NCBI GenBank assembly: GCA_027081015.1
Contig: JALWMA010000147.1
Span: 8,000 to 71,999 of the forward strand
Source of the DNA: Campylobacterales bacterium
GTDB lineage: Bacteria > Campylobacterota > Campylobacteria > Campylobacterales > Hydrogenimonadaceae
Length of the DNA stretch: 64,000 nt
Reading direction: 5' to 3'
The translations under genes were made by a program, and so were the position numbers. This document shows positions 18,958 to 28,607 of this stretch, one piece after another; within the stretch, counting starts at the first letter, position 1, and each line of letters begins with the position of its first letter. Under the pieces are notes generated by a model. It ran no database searches, was not told where the DNA came from, and saw nothing but the letters and a program-made list of their open reading frames with translations.

Positions 18958-19473
18958 CTATCTGTTGGCCGCATCCAGTTTCTCTTTGAACATTCCTATC
19001 TCTTTACTGAGCGCTTTTAGGTCATCGTCGCTCATCTTCGAAAGCAGGCCGTACATCACATAGTTTTTGCGACTGCCCGATTTGAAGCTCACCAAGGCAT
19101 CATATATGTACTCTTCGTTCTTTCCTATCAGTCTCGGCCCCACGGCTCCCTCTCCGTTGACGCCGTGACACGAGGAACACTTCTGCTTGTAGAGAGGGCT
19201 CACTTTGAAAGCCATCGCGCTTCCGGCGCGCTCTTTGAGTGCCTTGAGCTTTTTGGCTACCTCGTCCTCCTCCTCTTTAAGCTTTTCGGCCTCGCTCTCC
19301 TGCTGCTGTTTCACTACGGGTTCGGAGACTTTAGGAATCGGCACATCCTTTGACTTCTCTATGATCTCCTCTATCTGTTTGAAGCGCTCCGCCTTCCTGT
19401 CGAGTTCCATCATGAAAACGACCGCCCACAGCGCCAATAGTGTAGCTACGGCGGCGATAATATGTCTTATCAT
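18958..19473 (-). CDS. nosC2: Monohaem cytochrome c NosC2
   Basis: N-terminal TM helix, CSSCH haem motif, distal Met region NYVMYG. Confidence 0.85.
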   Translation of the reverse strand: MIRHIIAAVATLLALWAVVFMMELDRKAERFKQIEEIIEKSKDVPIPKVSEPVVKQQQESEAEKLKEEEDEVAKKLKALKERAGSAMAFKVSPLYKQKCSSCHGVNGEGAVGPRLIGKNEEYIYDALVSFKSGSRKNYVMYGLLSKMSDDDLKALSKEIGMFKEKLDAANR

Positions 19474-20036
19474 TGTTGTCCTTTTCTAAGTTCTTGAATC
19501 TGGCGATTGAATTTCGCTATCTCCAAAGCTATGCTTTCAAGTTTTTCATCATCCATCCCTGCAGTCAACTCCTTCATCAGTACATTCTTCTTATCTCCCG
19601 ACTTGAACTCCAGCAGGCGTTTATAGATAAAGTCTCCGTCTTTCCCGAGCAGAGATGGCCCTATGACACCGTTGGCATAGTCGTCGTGGCACGGTGAACA
19701 TTTGATGATGAAGTCGCGGCTCAGCTTCTTGATCATCATCGTAACCATAACACGCTCATACGGCGAGCGGATATTCAGGTAGGCATCTATGGTAGTACGC
19801 CTCTTCTCTTCCTGCGTTCCGTTCGCCTTCTCTTTGTTGTACGAGTAGTAGAACTCTCCGCTGTTCTCTTTCGACGCCTCCTCACCGGCACTCCTCTCCA
19901 CGGCACCCGGTGTCACCTTGATCTGCCCGGACGGGGCCTGCTGAGCTTGCGGCTTCTCCTCTCTCTTCTCTTCACAGCCGGCAAAACCCATGAGCAGCAG
20001 AACCGAAAACGTAAACACCGATATCTTCCTAAACAT
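19470..20036 (-). CDS. nosC1: Monohaem cytochrome c lipoprotein NosC1
   Basis: Start MFRKIS (ATG 20036, overlapping the nosG stop); lipobox AG-C; CSPCH haem motif. Confidence 0.85.
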   Translation of the reverse strand: MFRKISVFTFSVLLLMGFAGCEEKREEKPQAQQAPSGQIKVTPGAVERSAGEEASKENSGEFYYSYNKEKANGTQEEKRRTTIDAYLNIRSPYERVMVTMMIKKLSRDFIIKCSPCHDDYANGVIGPSLLGKDGDFIYKRLLEFKSGDKKNVLMKELTAGMDDEKLESIALEIAKFNRQIQELRKGQQ

Positions 20037-20832
20037 TACTCTCCCCTCCCTCTTTGTATATGTCCGCATAGCTCTTGCGCGGTATGATCTTTATTACATC
20101 CACCGGGCAGAGTTCGACGCAGGCCCCGCATCCGTTGCACGCCTCCCTGATCTCGGGGAGCATACCTCCGCCCTCGGCCGCGACCATCCCTATAGCGAGC
20201 GTATGGTCGGGATGGTAAGGGCACATATCGGCACATATCGTGCACGACTCCTGCCCCCTGTGCTTCTCGAGTTTTAGAAGCAGCTCTTTTTGAAGCTGAA
20301 CCTTTTCGGGATCGTTCGGAGAGATCTGCACCCTTTTCTCACGGCGCTCTGCGGCGGTGAGAACCTTCGTGTGGTCATATATACGATCTATCCCGCTGTC
20401 GGGAACAGGTTTTCCCACCTTGGCGAGACACCCGTCCGGATCGTGCACCAGCGCGATCCCCATATGTACATACTCTATACTGTCGTGCTCATGGTCCAGC
20501 GCGCCGCTCGGACATGCGAGAATACATGGAAACGCTTCACACAGGTAGCAGCCCCGCTCCCTCGGCTCTATATACGCCATGCCGACCCCGGCCTTCCCGT
20601 CGATATCTTCGAGCAGTATCGAATCGTAAGGGCAGACCTGCAGGCACTGCCCGCACTTGATGCAGAGCCCCAGGAACTCATCCTCGTCCACCGCACCGGG
20701 AGGTCTCAGCCTAAGCTCTTTCGGCTTGAGGTAAGGTCCGCCCACGATACCGGCGGCGGCAACAAGCCCCAAAACCCCGAGGCCCGACATCTGCTGCATA
20801 AATTTACGACGTTTTTTCTCTTCAGGTGTCAT
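20029..20832 (-). CDS. nosG: NapG/MauM-family periplasmic 4Fe-4S protein NosG
   Basis: Tat-like KRRKFM; LRPPGA; CIKCGQCLQVCP and further ferredoxin motifs. Confidence 0.92.
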   Translation of the reverse strand: MTPEEKKRRKFMQQMSGLGVLGLVAAAGIVGGPYLKPKELRLRPPGAVDEDEFLGLCIKCGQCLQVCPYDSILLEDIDGKAGVGMAYIEPRERGCYLCEAFPCILACPSGALDHEHDSIEYVHMGIALVHDPDGCLAKVGKPVPDSGIDRIYDHTKVLTAAERREKRVQISPNDPEKVQLQKELLLKLEKHRGQESCTICADMCPYHPDHTLAIGMVAAEGGGMLPEIREACNGCGACVELCPVDVIKIIPRKSYADIYKEGGESNV

Positions 20833-22070
20833 TGAGCAACCCCTCTTTCAAGATCTTTTTCGAACATAACGGGATGGGCATCGCTAAGGAGCTTTACAGG
20901 CTCCGATATGGGTGCCAGCTTTGCCAGGAAATTCATGATCGTAATGACCGGCGAGGCGTAGAAAAATTTGACATTCGGGTTCAGAAGCCACATTCTGTCG
21001 GCATAGTAGTAGAGCGTGTACGGCGTATCTCCTACTCCGTCCCTGTCTTTGTCGAACCCCTGGTAGTCGTCCCAGTAGTTCCCGTCCCAGTGATTCCGGG
21101 ACGAGTGCATCAATGTTTCGTCGTCGTCGACCACGTTCTCTATGTTCCCTTTGAATATGTTGCCAACTATGTTGTTGGCGATGCTAAGCGAATGGAAGTG
21201 GATCCCCTCCGAATTGTAGATGATCCTGTTACCTTCTATAGTGTTGTTCTGGTCGGGCTGGTACGGTGAACGGTCTATGTAGAGCCCCCTTGCACAGTAG
21301 ATGATCGTATTGTCCTTCAGAACGAAATTGCTCGCATCTTTGAGACCTATGCCCAGACCCGTTGTTCCGAGCGAATTTTTTATGACGTTTCCTATCGCCA
21401 CCGTATCCCTCGAATACATGAAAAATATGCCTACCGAATTGTGCTCGTACCTGTTGTGGAGCACATCGTTTCTCCCCGTATACATGAAATGGAGCGAATA
21501 CCTGCTGTACTCTCCGAAGTTGTGAGCTATCGTATTGCCGTGCGAATACCAGACCACGACATCCCTCGAGTGGGTCACATGGTTTCGGCTTATGTTGTTG
21601 TCTATGCTGTACCAGAGCCTTATGGCATCCCCCCTGAGTCCCAGCGAATATGGTTTGGAGCGTATCCAGTTTCGTGTAATTGATGAGTATTTCACCTGCT
21701 CCATATCTATACCGAATAGGCAGTCGTCTATTTTGCAGTTGTCTACCGTCACATGCTCCGCATCTTTTATAGATACACCCGCATCGATCGACTGGTGTTC
21801 GCTCCCGCTTCCCACTATCGTGAGGTTTTTCAATGTCACATAGGAGCTTCTGATTTTCACTACCGTACCGTTGCCGTCGCCTACGATTACCGCGCCCCTG
21901 TCGATCCCGTCTATGATCAGAGGCTTATTTATGACAATATTGCCCCTATACTCCCCAGCCGGAAGCTCCAACTTGGAACCCGGCTCCGCACGGTCTATCG
22001 CCTCCTGCAGGATATTGGCCCCCGCCAGCGAGACGATGATGAGGATAAGAGTACAGGCTTTTCGCACCAT
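20829..22070 (-). CDS. nosD: N2O reductase maturation protein NosD
   Basis: Beta-helix repeats; RGDAIRLWYS, RDVVVWYSH, RYSLHFMY and GNYWDDY motifs. Confidence 0.97.
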   Translation of the reverse strand: MVRKACTLILIIVSLAGANILQEAIDRAEPGSKLELPAGEYRGNIVINKPLIIDGIDRGAVIVGDGNGTVVKIRSSYVTLKNLTIVGSGSEHQSIDAGVSIKDAEHVTVDNCKIDDCLFGIDMEQVKYSSITRNWIRSKPYSLGLRGDAIRLWYSIDNNISRNHVTHSRDVVVWYSHGNTIAHNFGEYSRYSLHFMYTGRNDVLHNRYEHNSVGIFFMYSRDTVAIGNVIKNSLGTTGLGIGLKDASNFVLKDNTIIYCARGLYIDRSPYQPDQNNTIEGNRIIYNSEGIHFHSLSIANNIVGNIFKGNIENVVDDDETLMHSSRNHWDGNYWDDYQGFDKDRDGVGDTPYTLYYYADRMWLLNPNVKFFYASPVITIMNFLAKLAPISEPVKLLSDAHPVMFEKDLERGVAQ

Positions 22071-22076
22071 AAACCC

Positions 22077-22865
22077 CTATGCAGCCTCGGCCGTCTGCTT
22101 ACGTGCTTTCCGCTTCGAGATGATGGCGAGCAGACTGAAGAGACTGATCGCCAGCAGGAGCCAGAACCCGGTCGTCGGGTATGAGTGCGTAGTAAACTGT
22201 GCCACTTTCCCGTCACCGAATACCGTGGGCATGAACGGTTTTATCTTGAACGCCCCCCACGAGTGCATATGGTGGCCGAACCAGTAGAGCCAGTAGGCAT
22301 AGAAGCCGAGGAAAATGACGGGCAGAAAAACAGGTATGAGCATCAGTATGTCGAGGATTTTGGAGTCGTACAGGATATAGTAGACCATCAAAAGGGCTAC
22401 AAATACCAGGGCGTACGGTGCAAGTGCACGCAGATAGGGAGCACCCCTCTCCATCGGATCCATACCGATATAGTGGTTGATGGTGTTCATCTCGTGGACG
22501 TCGCCGCTGAAGCCGTCGAAGTGGTAGTAGACAGGGATGCCTTCGGGAAACGTCTCTTTCGGATAGTTCGGAGCCTCCAGCGCCACATACCAAATCGGGG
22601 CGCTGACTACATGCAGCTCCGCATCCTCCTCTATCATCTTCTTCAGATCCCCTACGGCATCTTCTGGTGTGGTGTTGCTGACATACTGCCCCTTCTGGTA
22701 ATAGTTCCATACCTTATAGGATATAGCGGGGATCTCGTCGGCTTTGCCGATCCTGGCCAACTCTACGACATCGTGCGTAAATACCGCCGGTATCACGAAC
22801 CAGTAGAGCAGGATTCCCAGTGCAATCGAGGTAAAGATCCTCGACTTGACCAGTGAACTTTTCAT
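22077..22865 (-). CDS. nosB: Clade II membrane protein NosB
   Basis: LEAPNYP, HEMNTINHYIGM and HSYPTTG motifs; located between nosZ and nosD as in Wolinella. Confidence 0.85.
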   Translation of the reverse strand: MKSSLVKSRIFTSIALGILLYWFVIPAVFTHDVVELARIGKADEIPAISYKVWNYYQKGQYVSNTTPEDAVGDLKKMIEEDAELHVVSAPIWYVALEAPNYPKETFPEGIPVYYHFDGFSGDVHEMNTINHYIGMDPMERGAPYLRALAPYALVFVALLMVYYILYDSKILDILMLIPVFLPVIFLGFYAYWLYWFGHHMHSWGAFKIKPFMPTVFGDGKVAQFTTHSYPTTGFWLLLAISLFSLLAIISKRKARKQTAEAA

Positions 22866-22895
22866 AAGCGGTTCCTTTCATAGGGAAATTAATAG

Positions 22896-22938
22896 ATTAT
22901 ACCTCAATCGTCTGCAAAAATATTTTGATACTGATCAA
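22896..22938 (-). promoter_or_regulatory. Internal nosB promoter: TATAAT plus a perfect Crp/Fnr-family (Nss/Fnr) box
   Basis: TTGAT-ACTG-ATCAA at 22925-22938; TATAAT on the minus strand at 22901-22896; box centre about -42 from the inferred start site. Confidence 0.8.
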
Positions 22939-23020
22939 TACTATATGCCTAATTTATATTGTATATAATTTTTAAAAATATCTTTACAGCCAATTGCAGA
23001 TTTTTTCCCTGGCTAAATTC

Positions 23021-23042
23021 GGGCCGGGAAACATCCCGGCCC
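23021..23042 (-). terminator. GC-rich hairpin immediately after nosZ
   Basis: GGGCCGGGA-AACA-TCCCGGCCC, 8 nt past the nosZ stop. Confidence 0.7.
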
Positions 23043-23050
23043 TTGGTGAG

Positions 23051-25654
23051 TTAGAAGAGGTTGGCGTTTTCGTCAATCCATTTGAAGTACTCGATGATAT
23101 CTTTGACTTCCTGGTCGCTCATACCCTGGTTGGGCATTCGCAGATTGAAGTAGTCGATCATCGACTTGACATAAGGATCGTCATACATCTTCTCTGGGTT
23201 CTTGATGAAGTTGTAGACCCACTGCTCTCCGTTTTCGTGACGCTGCAGAACACCTGTAAGGTCAGGTCCGGAGCTTACTTTCCCGATTACGTGACAACCG
23301 CCGCATCCGCCTTCGTTGAAGGCCACTTCACCGCGTTTGGCCGCTTCACTCATCGGTGTAGCCACTTTTCTGATAAGGAGATCTCGTGCACGGATTCCGA
23401 CATCCGCGGTCTTGACCATATACTGCCAGATCATGTTTTCGAACAGAATCGCTTTTTCGAGATCACCCTTCTTGTAGTACTCGTCGGCCTTCTTCTTCTG
23501 TTCCGGAATCTTACCGTACTGATCGAGCGCATCCTGAACGAGAGCTTTGATCGTCGGATACTTCTCATAGTGGTTCTCTTTGAGGAATTTCACGACGCTC
23601 TGGATGACTTTGTCGGTAGCGGCGTTTGTCGCCACGATTTTGTCATACTCTTTTTTGAGCTCTTCAGGAGACATCTTGGCCATCTTCAGCTTCTGAGCCG
23701 AAACATACTTCTTATTCGGGTCTTTGACGGTCAGGTAACCCATCATTTCGAGGTGCAGCGCAGAGCAGAACTCGGTACAGTAGTAGGGGAATACTCCCTC
23801 CCTGTCCGCCTTGAACGTGATGGCCACCGTCTTACCCGGTTCGAGTGAGGCGTGTACATTGTACTGGTCGACCGTAAAGCCGTGTGTCTCGTCTTCGGCA
23901 CGCTCGAGGTTTGTAAGGTAGAAGGTTACCGTGTCGCCGAGATTGACGTTCACGTGCTCTGGGTTGATGTGTGATCGAACAACGGTACCGTATACATACA
24001 CATGGTTGCCCTTGCGGACGATCCTCTCCTGTCCGGCCAGAGTTTTTCCTTCATGGGTCTTTCCGGTAAACGGATTCGTCCCCATTTTGTATCTGACATG
24101 AGTATGGAGTTTGCTCGCACGAATCGCAACGGCCTGGTGCGGCTCACCGAGCGGCAGAGGCATATCGTAAAGAAGCTGCATCTTTTTGCCGCTTATGTCG
24201 ATAAGCTGGTGGTTTTGCGGATGCAGAGGTCCTATCTCGTTGAAACGGTCGATCGCCAGTTTGTTGAGAGCGATGATATACTCTCCCTGCGGGTCAACAG
24301 TTTTGCCCTCCATTCCACAGAGGTGTCCGATGTTGTAGTTGACGTTTACGCGATCTTCGACTTTACACTGCAGGTAGTTCCACTTGACGACCTGACTGTC
24401 GACATACAGTGATGTATAGACTTCACCCTCCGTCTTCCACTTCGGTCCATACTGGTTGTGAAGTGGCCCAAGGCCCAGTTCGGCCTGGCAGTGTGCCGCT
24501 TTTTTCAGATCGAGAATCGGAATACCGTAAGGATCTTTGCCCGCGTAGTCGCGATTTTTTATCAGCTTCTGGATCTTCTCCCAGCTGTAGACGGTCGCAT
24601 GTGTGTCGAGCTTTCCGCATACGATGATATACTTGCCGTCAGGGCTCACATCCACGCCGTGCGGAGACTTCGGCTCCGGAATCAGGAATAGCGCGTCGTT
24701 CTTGACGGCTACTTCGATCGGAATCACTTTGTGGCCGTTTATGATCTTCACATTTTTCGGGTTTTCGGCGAGTTTGGCCAGCTTCTTCCAGTTATATACA
24801 TGGAGGAAGTCGGTGTCGTTTCGGCTCATACCAGCTTCGAACGGGGGAAGCCCCTTTTCTATACCGCCCGTATACATCTCGGAGTTGAACGAGTTCGTGA
24901 AGCCCCACCCGTCACTCGCACCTTTACCGGAGTCTGAGAGGTCCTGCATATAGGGAGGCATCTCTATAGTGAAAGATTTATCGGGAATGATCCGTCCCTT
25001 TTTGTGGTCGAACTTCCAAACCGTCACACCGCCCCTGTAGGTCTCTTTGTACTCTTCGATCGGGTGGTAGTTGTTATCAAACGGTGCCGCATACTGGCAC
25101 GCTTCGAGAACGTACTCGCTGTTTGGGGTGAAGAATGCACCGCCGTGGTCCGATTTGAAAATCGGATTTACTACAATCTGCTTCGTCACGAAATCCGCAA
25201 GATCGATAACCGCAAGACGCGGGTTAGCCTTGTCGTTGATGATAAGCCACTTTCCGTCATACTTGCCGTCCGTTTCGGAGATCGCCGGGTGGTGGGTATC
25301 TCCCCATGTAATCTCTTTGCCGCGTATCCAGCCCTGCTTCAGTACCTTTTTGGTATCGTCGTCGTAGCCCCAACCCTGCCACGGCTCCGGCGTGAAGACA
25401 CCGATATACTTCAAAATGCGCATGGATGGGACTCCATACACTATCACCTGCCCCGACTGGCCGCCGGAACTGAACACTATATATTTGTCCCGCCCGCCGC
25501 TCGGCGTATAGGTTTTGGCCGCCGCAAGCAAATCCTGCTGCGTCAGACCCCGCTCTTTCATCACTTTTTCAAGCTCAGAACTCGCGGAAGCCATAGACAC
25601 GCCAACCATCGTTCCGATAGCTACCGTAGATAGCTTCTTGATGATTGAACTCAT
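23051..25654 (-). CDS. nosZ: Sec-dependent clade II nitrous-oxide reductase with C-terminal cytochrome c (cNosZ)
   Basis: Start MSSIIKK (ATG 25654, AGGAGG RBS), no twin-Arg; CuZ His motifs (THHP, DHGG, PHG, PLHN, GHL, EPH); CuA CTEFCSALHLEM; C-terminal CGGCH haem domain. Confidence 0.98.
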   Translation of the reverse strand: MSSIIKKLSTVAIGTMVGVSMASASSELEKVMKERGLTQQDLLAAAKTYTPSGGRDKYIVFSSGGQSGQVIVYGVPSMRILKYIGVFTPEPWQGWGYDDDTKKVLKQGWIRGKEITWGDTHHPAISETDGKYDGKWLIINDKANPRLAVIDLADFVTKQIVVNPIFKSDHGGAFFTPNSEYVLEACQYAAPFDNNYHPIEEYKETYRGGVTVWKFDHKKGRIIPDKSFTIEMPPYMQDLSDSGKGASDGWGFTNSFNSEMYTGGIEKGLPPFEAGMSRNDTDFLHVYNWKKLAKLAENPKNVKIINGHKVIPIEVAVKNDALFLIPEPKSPHGVDVSPDGKYIIVCGKLDTHATVYSWEKIQKLIKNRDYAGKDPYGIPILDLKKAAHCQAELGLGPLHNQYGPKWKTEGEVYTSLYVDSQVVKWNYLQCKVEDRVNVNYNIGHLCGMEGKTVDPQGEYIIALNKLAIDRFNEIGPLHPQNHQLIDISGKKMQLLYDMPLPLGEPHQAVAIRASKLHTHVRYKMGTNPFTGKTHEGKTLAGQERIVRKGNHVYVYGTVVRSHINPEHVNVNLGDTVTFYLTNLERAEDETHGFTVDQYNVHASLEPGKTVAITFKADREGVFPYYCTEFCSALHLEMMGYLTVKDPNKKYVSAQKLKMAKMSPEELKKEYDKIVATNAATDKVIQSVVKFLKENHYEKYPTIKALVQDALDQYGKIPEQKKKADEYYKKGDLEKAILFENMIWQYMVKTADVGIRARDLLIRKVATPMSEAAKRGEVAFNEGGCGGCHVIGKVSSGPDLTGVLQRHENGEQWVYNFIKNPEKMYDDPYVKSMIDYFNLRMPNQGMSDQEVKDIIEYFKWIDENANLF

Positions 25655-25890
25655 GCTACCTCCTTTAAGTTTTCCTGAAATAACAGGCTGAATTCTTCTA
25701 TTAATTGAAAAATTCAAACTGCATATTAGAATGATAGTTAATTTTGTGTTAATTTTTCTTGAAACAGTACCTTTTTTCGAAATTTAATTTATAATGCTTA
25801 TAATATAAACTTTTTCGTAACGGATACACCGGAGCCGCCATGAAAAAATTGGCTAAAATAGGTGGTGAAGAATCTACACAAGGAGATATC

Positions 25891-26421
25891 ATGACGTACG
25901 GGAGACCTACACCCATCGATGAGGAGATCATGCTCGACAATACCAAGTATATCGAGAGCGAAACTGATACCAACGGTACAATAGTCGACTGCAACGACTA
26001 CTTCGCCGAAATATCGGGCTATACGAAAGATGAGCTGATCGGAAAGCCGCACAATATTGTCAGACACCCCGATATGCCTAAAATTGTCTTCAAGCTCCTC
26101 TGGGATCGCATCCAAAGCGGTCACAACATAACCGCCGTCATTAAAAATATGGCCAAAGACGGCCGCTACTACTGGGTGTTTACCCACTTCGAGATAATCC
26201 GAGACATAAATACGAAAGAGATAAAAGGGTACAGGGCTTACAGAAAGATGGTCTCTCCCCATATAAAAAAGGTGCTCGACCCCCTCTACAAAAGATTGAC
26301 CGAAATCGAAAAGGAGGGTGGAATGGAGGCGAGTGAAAAGGCCCTGAACGAGTTTCTAAGCGAAGGGGGCGACCATATCACCCTCGACAACCTTATGGAG
26401 GAGATTCACAGGTTCTATTGA
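25891..26421 (+). CDS. Stand-alone Aer/CetB-like PAS-domain protein
   Basis: ISGY..DELIGKPHNIVRHPDMP..F.LLW..I..G...KN..KDGRYYWV; ATG 25891 has an AAGGAG RBS (ORF track starts at 25840). Confidence 0.88.
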   Translation: MTYGRPTPIDEEIMLDNTKYIESETDTNGTIVDCNDYFAEISGYTKDELIGKPHNIVRHPDMPKIVFKLLWDRIQSGHNITAVIKNMAKDGRYYWVFTHFEIIRDINTKEIKGYRAYRKMVSPHIKKVLDPLYKRLTEIEKEGGMEASEKALNEFLSEGGDHITLDNLMEEIHRFY

Positions 26422-28607
26422 TAGGCGACTTTAAGAATATCGGCGCTCTTTTGCTTTTTAAGCCACTCGAACAGTCTGTCGAAAGGTTCGTTTGCACCCA
26501 GCGTCGAGCTGTCGCCGATCAAAACGAGCTTGCATTTCGCGCGTGTCATAGCCACATTTAGGCGGCGTCTATCTTTTACGAAGCCTATCTCTTTGGCGAG
26601 ATTGGAGCGGACGAAGGAGATGACAACGACCTCCTTCTCCCTCCCCTGAAAGCCGTCTACGCTTTTCACTTCACACTCGACTCCCCTCTTTTCGAGCATC
26701 CGGCGAATCAGCTTCACCTGTGAGAGGTATGGGGTTATGACCCCTATCTCATCGGCCGGCACCCCACACTCGGTCAGACTCTCCACCGTCTGCACGACCA
26801 GTTCGGCTTCGGCACCATTTTCAAAAGAGGTCGAGCGCGGCTGCAGCGATTCGTCGGCGTCGATCTCGGAGGTGTCTGCAAACACAACAGGCTTTTTCGG
26901 ATCGAGCAGCTTTCGATAAAAGGGCAAATCCGGTACGCCCTTTAGCTCGAGTATTCGATCGGCGCACGATCTGTCGGCTTTAAGAAGCCCCTCGTACATA
27001 AGGGTGTTGGGAAACTCCATTATCGTCTCGTTCATCCTGTACTGCACCCCGAGCATTTTGGAGGGTAGCCCGTCCATCGACATCGATCTTTCGAAAAGGG
27101 AGCGTTTCAGGATATCGAGACCGCTCACCACCGTAGGGGGGAGCTGCTTGTGGTCGCCGGCCAGAATCGCCTTCGGTGCGCGCATAAGGGGCAGAAGCGT
27201 CGACGGCTCCATCTGCTGGCTCGCCTCGTCTATGACGGCGATATCGAAAAAGGCTCCATCCAGAGCCTCGGAGCCGACCATAGCGTTGGTAGACAAAACG
27301 ACATCCGCTTCCGATACGATTTTGCGCACCATCGACTCTTCCAGACTCCTTATCTTTTCGAAAAGAGTCTGCAGCTTCTCATCTTCGGCTATCCACGCCG
27401 CCATCGACCTGACGGTCGCCGCATCTACGCCGCGAAACCCCCTGCCCCCGGCCGCCAGCGTCTTTACCCTCTCTTTCGACATTCCCCTAAGACGCGAAGG
27501 TGTCGGTTTGGAGTGCCGGTCTCTCGCCTCTATCCGTTCACGAATACGCTCGGCGAGCTCCCTAATCTTCAGGCTCTGCGGGTCGGCCTCCATACGGCTG
27601 AAGAGAGTATAGCGCTCGAGACCCTCCCCGACCCTTGCGGGGTGTCCGATACGCACAAGGTCGAGCCCCTCTTTCGCAGCCAGTTTCCTGAGAATATTGT
27701 CTACCGCCACATTCGAATCCGCGGCGGCAAGGACCCTCTCCCCCCTCCTGACGGCCTCCGCTATCACTTCAGTTACGGTCGTCGTTTTCCCGGTACCGGG
27801 CGGTCCGTGGACAAGAACGATCCCGTTACGTCCCGCAGCAAGCCTCACCGCCTCCATCTGATCCCCGTTCAGCCCGCTGTTTGAACTCTCCGTCTCTGCG
27901 AAATCTGGTCTGGAGGGTCTCTTCAACCCGAGTACGATATCTCTTTGGGTCGAGAACGGTGCTTCGATATGTCTCATCCTCTCGAGGTTGCTCTCCATCC
28001 GCTTGAAGGTGACATCGTTGACGTAGAGGTCGATCCTGATACCGTCGCCCTTTACCCACGGCGGAGGCTTCTGCGAAAAGGCGACCTCTATATAGTTTTT
28101 CGCAACCGCCATGACGGTCGCCGTAAGATCGCTTTTAAGAGGTTCCCCGCGGCTTATCAGAACGATATCACCGCTTCCTATCTGCGTCTCTATCGTCTCG
28201 TCACGGCTGAAACGGATTACAAAAAGGTCGAACTTCATCCCCGCGCCGCGACCCCGGAGCCCGAGAACAGCCCTGCCGTAGAGCTCCCTTTCGCGCCCGC
28301 TTATCGAACCTATTTCACGAATCTGCGCATCCATCTCGGCCCTGCGTTCTACATCCAGAAGAGCGCGATACTCCTCTATATAGTCGTGGATCCTCTTTAT
28401 TCTGTGCTCGAGCTCACGGCTCGGCACCATCTCTTTGGGGAGTTTGAAAAAGCTCTTTTTCGTGGGGATGTAGAGGACGAACCCGTCGGCTTCGTAGACT
28501 TTCGCTATGTTGGAGGGTTTTATCCTGAAGCGTCTGAGCTGTAGGGAGCGGGCCCGCTCGTCGAGGCGGGCCGGAAGTATGAAAGGGAGCGCTCTTTTGC
28601 GAGCCAT
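26415..28607 (-). CDS. IGHMBP2/DNA2-NAM7 family SF1B helicase
   Basis: HGPPGTGKTT, DSNVAVDN, IDEASQ, GDHKQLPP, QYRM, SVDGFQGREKE and RRLNVAMTRA motifs. Confidence 0.93.
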   Translation of the reverse strand: MARKRALPFILPARLDERARSLQLRRFRIKPSNIAKVYEADGFVLYIPTKKSFFKLPKEMVPSRELEHRIKRIHDYIEEYRALLDVERRAEMDAQIREIGSISGRERELYGRAVLGLRGRGAGMKFDLFVIRFSRDETIETQIGSGDIVLISRGEPLKSDLTATVMAVAKNYIEVAFSQKPPPWVKGDGIRIDLYVNDVTFKRMESNLERMRHIEAPFSTQRDIVLGLKRPSRPDFAETESSNSGLNGDQMEAVRLAAGRNGIVLVHGPPGTGKTTTVTEVIAEAVRRGERVLAAADSNVAVDNILRKLAAKEGLDLVRIGHPARVGEGLERYTLFSRMEADPQSLKIRELAERIRERIEARDRHSKPTPSRLRGMSKERVKTLAAGGRGFRGVDAATVRSMAAWIAEDEKLQTLFEKIRSLEESMVRKIVSEADVVLSTNAMVGSEALDGAFFDIAVIDEASQQMEPSTLLPLMRAPKAILAGDHKQLPPTVVSGLDILKRSLFERSMSMDGLPSKMLGVQYRMNETIMEFPNTLMYEGLLKADRSCADRILELKGVPDLPFYRKLLDPKKPVVFADTSEIDADESLQPRSTSFENGAEAELVVQTVESLTECGVPADEIGVITPYLSQVKLIRRMLEKRGVECEVKSVDGFQGREKEVVVISFVRSNLAKEIGFVKDRRRLNVAMTRAKCKLVLIGDSSTLGANEPFDRLFEWLKKQKSADILKVAYQ

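Noticed and set aside
25705-25717. TTGAAAAATTCAA upstream of nosZ as an Nss/Fnr box
   Set aside because: The spacer is one base short (TTGA-N5-TCAA) and no well-placed -10 was found.
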